The translations under genes were made by a program, and so were the position numbers. Below are positions 51,229-62,600 of a DNA stretch of 64,000 nucleotides, piece after piece. The stretch covers positions 16,988,001-17,052,000 of the forward strand of contig NC_043008.1 in NCBI RefSeq assembly GCF_006345805.1, written 5' to 3'. The stretch is from Octopus sinensis (taxonomy: Eukaryota). Numbering within the stretch: position 1 is the stretch's first letter; every line of letters begins with the position of its first letter. The notes under the pieces were generated by a model. The model was not told the DNA's origin. It did no database searches and was given only the letters and a program-made list of their open reading frames with translations.

Positions 51229-51390
51229 CAAGATTATTATAGTTCTTAATTACAACACTTATCATTTATTTGTACTGCTATATTTAGGCAGTGATTCGAC
51301 CACGTAAGGCATCGATTCTTAGTTCAGATTCCCTTCTTTTATGTAATATTATCCTGTGACATATTTCGTAATTAAGATTGTAAGATGTAG

Positions 51391-51595
51391 TTTAACCCGT
51401 TAGCATTCACATTATTATGTCCAAAGTAATGCTTATGTAATCATGTTTTGAATTAATATTACATTATTTTGTAGCTTTGAGATTTTGATGGGGTAACTTT
51501 TATTTTTAGAATGATAACGTAAGATTGACGTGATTGAATAAAAAGTAGGTAGAATACTTGGGTCTGATATGGGCTGTTTAAATCCTAAATAAAGT
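51391..51595. mobile_element. Decayed MITE with TTAACCC-TTAGCATT terminus
   Basis: Left end TTAACCCGTTAGCATTCAC; right end GTTTAAATCCTAAATAAAG is a degenerate inverse. Family recognised from recall of octopus repeats. Confidence 0.45.
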
Positions 51596-52119
51596 TCGGC
51601 GGTTAGTTCCCACTGCTTAAATGGCTCATTCATTTATTCGAAATATTTAATTAAAGGACGTGAACCAATCATATTCCACCAAAGTTTCGAAAATCCCGCT
51701 CTCTCATTATTATTTTCATGTATTTCTAACAATTTTCTTGTCACTTTTTTAATGTTCATAATTTTTTTCTTATAACAGATATTTTTATTTTTGCCAGCGG
51801 CATTTGCAGCAAAGATACACGAATTATTGGATTTGCCAGATCGAAACTAACATGGATTCCTCTGCTACTAGCATTACTCGCCATCAATCGATACATCCAT
51901 AAGTTCATATTTACGTATGCTGGAATTTTCTTAATTATATATATACACAAGATATGATTGTGTGACATTAATATCATCCTTCAATGCATTAATTTCCTCA
52001 GTTTCTATAATGCGAGATTTTTTGCTGTTGTTTGTATTAAATATAAAAAACACCACGCCCATGGTAACACGTATTGATATCGAGCTTCTACCACAGTCTT
52101 CTAGGCTTGTTACACTTAC

Positions 52120-52294
52120 ATTAACAACTTGCACTCCATATATGGAAACAAATTCTTTCGGTAGAACCTGCTGCAGCACCAGAAAGAACAACAAGCAGCA
52201 GCAGCAGCAGAACAGCAGTAGCAGCAACAAAGGCAGTTGTAACAGTGGCGTTTCTTGCAAAATGACCGAATAATGATAAACGCTTGTATATTCT
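52120..52294 (-). other. Exon-like segment (175 nt) with canonical splice sites, unassigned
   Basis: TTTTATTTTGCAG acceptor and AAT|GTAAGT donor; two frames are open; GC richer than the flanks; contains a CTG/CAG tract. No recognisable homology. Confidence 0.25.
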
Positions 52295-53419
52295 CTGCAA
52301 AATAAAATCAATTGCGCACACATGCTCTGGATTTGTGTTAGATATGAATGGAATGAGTGGAGAGTAATATAAATAGTTGCCCTATTGTTATCATATTTGG
52401 TCGTTTTATAGTATTTGATAAGGCTGTATTTACAATCCTACTTTCCTTTGACAATTATTATTCAATATTGATATATATATTTCATTCGTTGGATCTTGAG
52501 TTAACCATATGTTTACAGTATTAGTACGATCCATTATAGTTTGTAAGCTAGCATTTATGCCTTTGCGGTCATAAACACTCTTTGGGCAAGTCTTTGTGTG
52601 AAGCTTATTGTTCTGTGCCATTCTTTGTCGGGTTAGTCTCGGGTGAACTGAAAAATAGACAAACAGCAGCTTCAACATAAAAAAATTGATAGAAGCCATA
52701 AAAGTACTGTCAAAGAATAAATTTAATCAATATTTTGTATTTAATAACTCGCTTTAATTAAATTAATAAAATACAGTGAGTGTTAATAACAAACAATTCG
52801 GAGGGCAGGCATAGCTGTCTGGTTAAAGATTTCGCTATGCTAAAGAATTTTTTCCCATATACGAGTCTATGCTAAAGAATTTCCCCCACATACAAACATT
52901 TTTCTCGGTAGTAACGGACAAAGCAAAATTATAAGACTGAACTTCTGTTGACAGAAACTGTACAAAAAAAAAAGACATTGGTACTGTTCAAGCTTTAGGG
53001 TAGTAGATCTACCCCCCCCCCCATTCGGTGTAGTATCAACTGAAAGTCTAATCATGGCCGTTCTTCTTATAAGACAGAAATATTCGGAACTGTCTACGGT
53101 GTTAACTTTTTCCTTTCATGAAGCAGTTTAGAAGCAACTACTTACCAAAGCCGCTGTGTGTCCAGAAACTTTTACCTCGACGAAAGGAAGAACGGATTTT
53201 AAATAAAGAAAAACATATTTGGCTGACTAGAATCTGTTTACATTAGAAGATAAATTTAGTATTTTGCAAATTCAAAAATAAAATAAAAGAAATAAACAAT
53301 AACCGCAGGGATGGCTACGTGGCTAGGAAGTTCATTTTGCAGCCACGTGAATTTGGGTTCAGTCCCACATTGCAACACCTTGGCTAAGAGTCTTCTACTG
53401 TACCTCCGGACCAATTCTA

Positions 53420-53620
53420 TGTATGTATGTATGTATGTATGTATGTATGTATGTATGTATGTATGTATGTATGTATGTATGTATGTATGTATGTATGTAT
53501 GTATGTATGTATGTATGTATGTATGTATGTATGTATGTATGTATGTATGTATCTATCTATCTATCTATCTATCCACCCATCCATCAATCCATCTATGTAT
53601 GTATGTATCTATCTATCTAT
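53420..53620. repeat. (TATG)n/(TATC)n array after a family-A SINE head (53305-53420)
   Basis: Direct observation. Confidence 0.95.
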
Positions 53621-53974
53621 CTGTCTGGGTATCTGTCTTCCATTGCAGATTTCATACCTACGTTCTTGGACCAGCGGCACGGTTTACCAGCTCACGTGAC
53701 AGATCTTGCTCTTATTGCGGCAGAATATCCATAACATCCCTTACCTGGAAAACCAAGTGGGACTGTCGGTTTAGTCGCCAAAAGTTGTAGAGCAACCTTT
53801 TCTAGGGAATATGTTTAAATATATAGTTAGATATATGCTATTACTTTATTTTCCAACTTCAAGTTAACCTCGGAATTCCATCACGCAATATTTGATGAAA
53901 TGGTTTGAATTGATGATGTTAATTTGTGTACAATATACATAAATATGTTTATACGAACCTTTTACCAGTTTAAA

Positions 53975-54640
53975 TAAGCATAGAGCATATTCGAATCTGT
54001 AGCAAAGTTTCCTTTCGTTTTTTGTTTTGGAGAAAATTTCATGCTGTACCCAAGTAGGTATAAATACACCAAATAGTTCAGAGCGCTCTCCTTTCCTGTA
54101 TCTGATGCTAAGGAGGAGCTAATCACTCCGAAATGCAAGCTTTCATTAGTCAGGGTACTGGGCGTTTCGACGTGCAACAACGCGTTTACATCTATTTCCT
54201 CTATTGAGATATATTCTCCATGGAAAAATACATCCAATGGCTTTCTTACGGATTCCAATATGCCCCAAGCATATTTGAACAAATAACAAAATTGTGCTTG
54301 TACTTACGGCGAACCCCAGATTAGCGCAACCTGTCATAGTATGATGACGGGAAAATAATATAAGCTATCCATCACCTCTTGTCATTTCGTAGGGTACCAC
54401 ATTCTGGCGTCTGATGCTGAAGAGGAGATAACCACACTGAAATGCATGCTACCATCAGTCTGGTATAGGGTACCTCGAATCGGTGTGGTATGTTCATACC
54501 TTGTTTTATTTTTGTTTTCTTTTTTGTTTTCTTTTTACAGCGAAAAATTTTCTCCATGACAAAATATAGTGAACAACTTTCTTAGGGGTTCGTATGTTCC
54601 CAAGCATATTTGAACTGGTAACAAGCTTGTATTTATGCAC
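53975..54640 (+). mobile_element. Old tandem repeat (~310-340-bp units), each with a degenerate hammerhead (54102-54149, 54411-54458)
   Basis: The two HHR-like motifs are 38/48 identical; downstream block TTCTCCATG...CTTTCTTA...CCCAAGCATATTTGAAC...GCTTGTA repeats at ~54214 and ~54551, with a partial third unit near 53983. Confidence 0.65.
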
Positions 54641-55161
54641 ACCAGTGCTCAGCGTTTCTAGTCCTAAATGTATTTATATATTTCTTAATATTTCTCAATA
54701 TTGACACCAATACCGAGTTAGAAATAAATAAACGAGAAATAATAATCGATAACCATATGCAATATACAAACATATCGATATATTACACAATATATTCAAA
54801 CAAGATCTAAATGCATTTTTGCATTAAATTTCAAATTTACATTCGAAAATACGGAAGACAAACAACATAAAAAACGACGTGACAATTTCCTCCCGTTCGC
54901 GAACAGTCGAAAATATATTAAAATACGTTGCTAGCGCTACAACTTGGTTAAGATTTTAAACAAATTATTTGTTTCGCTTTGTTTGTGTCTACGCGTGCGC
55001 ATAGAGGAACACATCCGTGCATGTACACAAACGCATCCATACGAAAGAACAACACAAACCTACATTTCTGTTCTACCTACACACATATACACACACATAT
55101 ATGTACGTATATCTAGGAGTATGAATGGATATATATATATATATATATTTCTTTTATTTGT

Positions 55162-55212
<51 letters not shown>

Positions 55213-55249
55213 TATTCATTCACACACACACACACACGCACATGTATAT

Positions 55250-55291
<42 letters not shown>

Positions 55292-55307
55292 TACATACAC
55301 ACATACA

Positions 55308-55352
<45 letters not shown>

Positions 55353-55906
55353 TATATATATATATATAATATTGCTTATGCCTAAATACCGCTTCGCACT
55401 AACACAGACGGACACATACATAAATACATACATACATATACACACATTCACATACACGCACACATATTGCTTATGCCTAAATACCGCTTGACGCTAAAAC
55501 ACACGCACACATACAAAAATACATACATACATACATACATACATACAAAAACACACACACTCACATACACGCACACACACATATATATATATATATGCAT
55601 ATAAGCAAAGATATATGAGTGTAGTTATGCACATTATATAGGAAAGGAGGCAGTTGGTAATTTCTGTTTTTCTTCTAAATATTGAAACAAATATATTACA
55701 ATATCAGAGAGTTTTCATTCTTCAGGACTAGTTACAATGAAATTATTTATATCTTATGGAATAATGTAAGGTCTAACAGTTATAATGCCTGTGGCTGAAG
55801 ATGCCTGATGGTATAGGAGTGACCTGGGGCTAAACTGGCACAACACCATATCCATCTGTTATCGTGAGTCTTTTACTGCAGAATACTACTTCACTCCGTC
55901 TTCCCA

Positions 55907-56316
55907 GGTGTAGGAGTGGCTGTGTGGTAAGTAGCTTGCTTACCAGCGACATGGTTCCGGGTTCAGTCCCACTGCGTGGCACCTTGGGCAAGTGTCTTCT
56001 ACTATAGCCTCGGGCCGACCAAAGCCTTGTGAGTGGATTTGGTAGACGGAAATGAAAAAACCCTGTCGTATATATATGTATATATATGTATGTGTGTGTG
56101 TCTGTGCTCGTCCCAACCCACCAACATCGCTTGACAACCGATGGTGGTGTGTTCACGTCCCCGTAACTTAGCAGTTCGGTAAAAGAGACCGATAGAATAA
56201 GTACTGGGCTGACAAAGAATAAGTCTTGGAGCCGATTTGCTCGATTTAAAGGTGTTGTTCCAGCATGGCCCCAGTCAAATGACTGAAAGAAGTGAGAGAG
56301 TAAAAGAGTAAAGAGT
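55907..56316 (+). mobile_element. CORE-like SINE family A, full length
   Basis: GGTGTAGGAGTGGCTGTGTGG to CAGCATGGCCCCAGTCAAATGACTGAAAGAAG...(GAGTAAAA)n tail. Confidence 0.95.
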
Positions 56317-56950
56317 CTAATAAATTTGGAGGTTTAGGTCATTTTCCGAATGCATAGATTACGAGATTGCATGGTTCTTAGTTCTGTCACATGGGACCAG
56401 TTTCTTTAATCAAGTCAATTAACATCCGTTGAACTATTATCCCTGCGTTTAAGGAATTAGCAAGCATGAAATACAGTTTGTAATACTGTAGACAATGAAA
56501 GCATTGTGCTATTGTATCGTTAGAATGTATGCATTTGTGCAGGGTATTATTTTGCTTGCATCCGGTAGTGGTGGCCCCAGGTAAGGAATTCTAAAATCTT
56601 GCGTAGTGTGGAACCAAGCCGTAGCCACTATTACCCTTAACCGGACAAGTAGCATGTACTAGAGTACCAGCTATGGGTTGATTAGTGTGTCCCGGAATTG
56701 TCTCCGGGGAAGGTCACTCACAGTGACCCCAACGGTCTCAGGGAAGAGGGAACCCTTCAGATATTTTTAACTGCTTATCTAAGAAAAGATAACTCCTAAC
56801 ATGTTCTGCATCCTGATTACAACTAGGCCCTTGATGCTTGTTGCAACAATCTAATGCAAGTTTGAAGGATGAAAGAATGGGACTGACTCTGCAAAATCTA
56901 TACTCACTATAATAATACTTTTCATGCAGTTTGTTCAACAAATTACGATA

Positions 56951-57181
56951 TATTTCTTTATTGCCCACAAGGGGCTAAGCATAGAGGGGACAAGCAAGGA
57001 CAGACAAAGGGATTAAGTCGATTACATCGACCCCAGTGCGAAAATGCTATTTAATTTATCGACCCCGTAAGGATGAAAGCCAAAATCGACCTCGGCGGAA
57101 TTTGAACTCAGAACGTAACGACAGACGAAATACCACTAAGCGTTTCGCCCGGCGCGCTAACGTGTCTGCCAGTTTGCCGCC
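56951..57181 (-). mobile_element. Family-B SINE with 17-bp TSD
   Basis: TTCA(A/G)CAAATTACGATA at 56934-56950 and 57182-57198. Confidence 0.95.
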
Positions 57182-57669
57182 TTCAGCAAATTACGATACC
57201 AGTGCCAACACTATCACACTTTCTTCATATGTCAGATGCTGATAGGCGAAAGAGTTTCGGGGACAGGTAGAAGATGTTAGTGGAAGTCATCAAATTTGAA
57301 CCCCGCTCAGGCGGCCATAGGGTAATGGTCGACTTCCACAAACCTGAGGCAAAATGTGGAACCCTTATTCGTCAAAGAGATAAAATAGTCTAGAACATTT
57401 TATAATATTTTAAATAACCTCCTGTACGAAATGTATTGTTAGTCTACGTAGACTTAAGGGAAAAATCAGTCTGTTGTATTTCTCTTTAAACATTCTACAC
57501 AAGTTTCCTACTCTCTGTCTACGACTAGCGTTTGATCGATTTACGAACTTCGCGACCAGCGTAGTCAAACATCAACAGAACAAAGTTTACCCAGTTTGCC
57601 TGATCCTTCATCCAAGGATCAGCAATACAGGTCAAATGAAGCGCTACTTCTCTTCTTAATCAGACTTAC

Positions 57670-57744
57670 AAATAAAAATCTGAAGTGTGGGAACGATGCC
57701 AGCAGCAGGAATAATTGATGGCTGTAATGTGCAGTGTGTGGAAT
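57670..57744 (-). CDS. Candidate internal coding exon resembling the N-terminal extracellular motif of ABCA-subfamily transporters
   Basis: TTCTTGATCCTTGCTGTTGGCACAG acceptor, GTAAGT donor, 75 nt, phase 1-1. Encodes xSTHCTLQPSIIPAAGIVPTLQIFI(C), with the same spacing as the C-x-[LF]-x4-[LM]-P-S-x-G-x2-P-x2-Q-x3-C motif I recall from ABCA1/12/13. The final C depends on the next exon; no neighbouring exons were found. Confidence 0.4.
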
Positions 57745-58417
57745 CTGTGCCAACAGCAAGGATCAAGAATGCAATTCTAATATCGATGCGGGAGGAGAAG
57801 AAGCTGAATAATATGTACACATTGATTTCTATACAGCAGGAATGTATATACATAAAGCTGGTTTATGCATGTAAGTGTATATATTTAAATGGATGTTTGT
57901 ACATTGAACGGCATGTATGTATGTTGTAGTTGCTATGTTAGACGTGAGATAAGCAAATAGCCTCACACACACACATGCGCACACACATACACATCTTATT
58001 CTGCAGTGTGTATTGTGCCTTCATGATATAATGTGTAATTAACTAATTGTTGTGTGTGTTTCTGTGTGTATATTTTATGGTGTATTAGTGTATGTATCTG
58101 TACGCGTGTGATATATCGGAGATCATGTGACTACATGACACCATATATATTGTGGCTACCAGTATGTAAATATATATATATATATATGTGTTTGTGTTTG
58201 TGTATGTATATATGTGTGTGTATGTGAGGAGTCTGTGGTGTAAGTATTCATATGTATGGATATAAGTCTGTATGTATTCGTGTGTTTATGATATAGGAAG
58301 ATTTCTGCGCCAATGCGATTCGATATAGCATTCTAAGTTGGCATGTTTAGCCGCATAGGACCATACATATATACACACAAGCAGATGTATACACATACAT
58401 ATATTCATACATATATA

Positions 58418-58449
<32 letters not shown>

Positions 58450-58523
58450 CTATATATATATATATGCATGTATGTATGTATATATATATATATGTGTTAT
58501 ATATTATAGTATATATATATGTA

Positions 58524-58569
<46 letters not shown>

Positions 58570-58807
58570 TGTATGTATGTATGTATATATATATATGTAT
58601 GTATGTATGTATGTATACATGTATGTAAACACAAATGTAAATGTTTAAAATGATGGCATCTTTTACATGGAGATGATCTATATACATGAATTTGATGTGA
58701 GTGTATGAATTTATGGATAACGCCGTGTCTACTACGGACAGAATCAACAAGAGTGTTTGAGATTTCGCAAATATTGACTTTGTGTATATATATATTCTTT
58801 TATTATT

Positions 58808-58970
58808 TTATTCTTTTACTTGTTTCACTCATGTGACTATCGTCTCTTTTGCCGAACCGCTAAGTTACGGGGACATAAACACTCCAACATCGGTTGTCAA
58901 GCGATGGTGTGGGAACGAACACACACTCGCACACACATGCACATACACACACACAGACATACACACACAT

Positions 58971-59048
<78 letters not shown>

Positions 59049-59208
59049 GACAGACTTCTTTCAGTTTCCGTTACCAAATCCATCCACAAGTCTTTGGTCA
59101 ACCCGAAGCTGCAGTAGAAGACTCTTGCCCAAGGTTCCACGCAGTGGGACTGAACCCGGAACCATGTGGTTGTTATGCAAGCTACTTATCACACATCCAC
59201 TCATGCGC

Positions 59209-59209
<1 letters not shown>
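58808..59209 (-). mobile_element. CORE-like SINE family A, near full length
   Basis: CTTTTACTTGTTTCACTCATGTGAC...CCCAAGGTTCCACGCAGTGGGACTGAACCCGG...CACTCATGCGCC. Confidence 0.9.
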
Positions 59210-59243
<34 letters not shown>

Positions 59244-59449
59244 TTCGTTTTTGTGTGTGCATGTGCGTGTATTTTTATGTGTGTCTGTATGTGTTTGTGT
59301 TCGTGTGTGTGTACGTGTGTGTGTACGTGTGTGCGTGTCTGTGTGTATGTATGTTTTATGTGTGGGACGCAGATTGCGCTGCTGATTTCGATTAAATCTT
59401 TGCAACTCATCACGTGATTTAGGCTCGAAAGATAAATATCACTGCACGG

Positions 59450-59660
59450 CATGTTAAGACTGCGGAAGGAAAAGAAGGAAAGAAGGAAAGCAAGAAAGGA
59501 AGAAAGAAGGAAATAAATAAAGAAGGAAGGAAGGAAAGAAAGAAAGAAAGAAAAATGTAAGAAGGGAACAAAGAAAGAAAAGGAAAGACAGGAAAACAAT
59601 AATGGAAGACTACGAAGGAGGAGGAAGAGGAGCCAGGAAGAGGAAGGAAAAATAAACAAA
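59450..59660. repeat. Purine-rich (GGAA/GAAA)n tract
   Basis: Direct observation. Confidence 0.85.
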
Positions 59661-60096
59661 ACATTACAATCAGTAAATAAAAGAACCGACAATAACAGCA
59701 ACAACACCAGGAAAAACAACAACAGCGACGTTAATAATGAATGCAAAAATCAATAGCAAAATATAATAACAACCACATATTTATTTATGTATTTATTTAT
59801 TTATATTTGTTTTTGTTTTTTAAATATTATTTATGTTTATAATTATAAGTAAAAAGGGTTTGCATTATTCAAAGAGGGAGAGAAATGTGTATGCAAATGT
59901 ATGTATGTATGTATGCATGTATGTATGTATGTATGTATGTATGTATGCATGCATATATGCATATATGTATGTATGCATGTATGTATGTATGTATGTACGT
60001 ACACACTTACGTATGTCTAAGTGTGTGTATGTTTGTAATGTATGTATATATGTAAATAAATATATATATATGTATGTATATATACATACATACATA

Positions 60097-60134
<38 letters not shown>

Positions 60135-60303
60135 GTATGAATGAATGGTATTGTACATATATTTATGTATATATATATATCGATATAAGGGTATGGATAT
60201 TGAATATATACATATATGCATACAATATCCATATACATCATATATGTATATATGTATGTATGTATATGTATATATATATATACATACATAGATACACAGA
60301 CAT

Positions 60304-60345
<42 letters not shown>

Positions 60346-60561
60346 TTACGCGTATGTGTGTGTATGTATGTATATGTATATATACGTACGTATATGCATA
60401 TATCCATGTACGTATCTTTCTAAGGATACTTGCGTATCAATAATTGTAAATACGTATCGAAATTATATTACATAGCATTTGGAATTGGATTGACTGTATT
60501 CTACAGAATTTTATTTTACTTATTTTTTTTGCTTGTATTTCATGTTGCTATTTATTGTATA

Positions 60562-60598
<37 letters not shown>

Positions 60599-60679
60599 GT
60601 TGTTGTTTTTGTTGTTGTTGTTGTTGTTTTAAATAATAGTTGTGGCCTTAGTGTTAGTAGTTACGGTCGTAGGAAGAGG

Positions 60680-60830
60680 AGGCGATGCAAGAGGAGAAAT
60701 GGCCGGGACGTGGATGCAAAGATGCTACACTGCATCCAACATTAACTGCAGACGGCACAGTGGAGTGGGAGGGTCATGTGATTCAAGACCAGCAGCCTGC
60801 AGTATTCTGGCGACCAATCGAACACCCAGA
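60680..60830 (+). pseudogene. Small RTE-like LINE relic
   Basis: KMLHCIQ/NINCRRH, then WEGHVIQDQQPAVFWRP, resembling RML...NINWRxH and WxGH...QP...FWxP. Confidence 0.4.
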
Positions 60831-61638
60831 CTGTCTTTTCTGATTGTATTGGAAATATGCAAAATAACGATGGTGTAATCCTATTACTATGGGATAGAAC
60901 CAATGGCAGTAGCAGCCATTGTTGTTGTTGTGATGGTTAAATGGTAAAGTTGGTTGTAGCGGCTGTAGTATTAGTTGTGGTGGTGATGGTGGTGGCTTTT
61001 GTGGTGGTGGATAGACTTATAACGGCAATGATATCATTAATATTGGTGTTTCTACATAACTTTTATTGCGGCGGTTTTGGTGCCATTAATAATAATGGTA
61101 ACTTTATTCATTCACAATATAGTTGTTCTGGCTGCTGTCCTTGTTGTTGTTTTTTTTAATCCTTCAAACCAACTCTGATTAAGTAGAACTGTGATCAGAG
61201 ACACAGTCAAGTATTGACCGCCCCCCACCTATTATGTCCCAGTAGCTACAGTGTATCTAGGATCATATTAGATAATGTCGCCATCCTGTAAAAATAACCC
61301 CCAACCCAAAGCTGTTGTATATCAATCTGGAGAACTTTTGCCTGCTACGTCGATGACGTCTACCAACGGCTTAAACCATTCCTCGTTGGCCTGTTAGTTG
61401 TTGATGGAACTTAATTCTAATGTTATTGTTCATTATTTACATTATTTACATTATTTACATTCGACGGAGGCTGGTATGCACGGCTAACTGCTAGTCTTCC
61501 ATAAACAACCTTGTGCGGATTTGTGCTTCTGAGGTTAAGTCTCTAGGTGCAATCCTATGGTCATTCACGAAGGCAGACTTTACCCTTTTTTGTGCATATA
61601 TATATATAATTTAATATATTATATATATAATATATATA

Positions 61639-61765
61639 TATTTCTGTAGAAGAGCGTATGCTCGAAACGTAAAATACTTTTTCTATTCCTGAGCGTTATA
61701 CTAATACATCTGTTTGTTTGTACACCACCTGTCTTCGTCTTTTGTTTTTTTCGTAAACTCTCCCC
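61639..61765 (+). ncRNA. Minimal hammerhead-like motif (61639-61676, CUGUAGA core) with PLE-like tail
   Basis: TATTT-CTGTAGA-A-GAGC GTAT GCTC-GAAA-CG-TA-AAATA: perfect 5-bp helix I and 4-bp helix II, ACGT palindrome. Confidence 0.65.
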
Positions 61766-61766
61766 T

Positions 61767-61823
<57 letters not shown>

Positions 61824-62149
61824 GTGTGTGGTGTGTGTGTATATATATATATTATATATATATAAAGAGAGAGAGAGAGAGAGAGACAGACAGAGAGATG
61901 TAGCTATAGCTAGCTAGATATTCAGTTATTCGATTTGTTACTGTTACGCACAATATATGTAAAGCTACGTTTTGTAATGTGTTCATTCTTTCTTGACGAC
62001 GTATGCTGTGATTCGTGCAAAATGTGACTGGACAGAGATTGGTGTCAATTGTTATGATGAAAGAAGTCCTGAAAGTGTCCGAGGTAGATTTGTCGCTAGT
62101 AAGCAGTAGATGATTAGGAGGTTATGGTAATAGCATATGCAATACTTAA

Positions 62150-62600
62150 TGCGAAAAGAAAAGTCGGAATCGTTAGCACGCTGGATGTACAGCGTAGTAA
62201 CATTACTTCAAATACCACAGAGGGCAACTACGCCTTTCATTCGGTGTCGATAAAACAAGTGTCAGTTGAACACTTGGGTCGATGTAATCCTTTACTAAAA
62301 CATCAGGCATTTTGTAATCCTTTACTAAAACATCAGGCATTGTGCCTATCCTCGAAATGTTTTCTAGTAACAGCAGCGAGGCAGGAAGATTGCAAAATCG
62401 TGGGCGATTCGAAATCTTAGAGGTATTTCTTCCGACGCATTGCATTCTAAATTCAAATTCAACTCCAACGAGATTAACCTAACCTTTTATCCTTCGAGAT
62501 AGATAAAATAAGTACAGGTTGATCACTGAGAACGATGTAATCAGCCAACCCTACCGCCACCAAAACTTCGAGGCCTTGTGTCTATACTAGTAAGAAGTAA
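62150..62600 (+). mobile_element. Two old head-to-tail family-B SINE copies
   Basis: CGCCTTTCATTCGGTGTCGATAAAACAAGTG and ACCTTTTATCCTTCGAGATAGATAAAATAAGTAC; internal 30-bp tandem duplication at ~62283-62341. Confidence 0.65.

Noticed and set aside
51770-51955. GPCR-like LAINRY motif (plus) and NPII (minus)
   Set aside because: TM3 spacing is off, the frames are short, and pseudo-motifs appear on both strands of AT-rich DNA.
55795-55830. CTGAAGA-TGCC-TGAT-GGTA hairpin
   Set aside because: Not followed by GAAA; no helix III or helix I.
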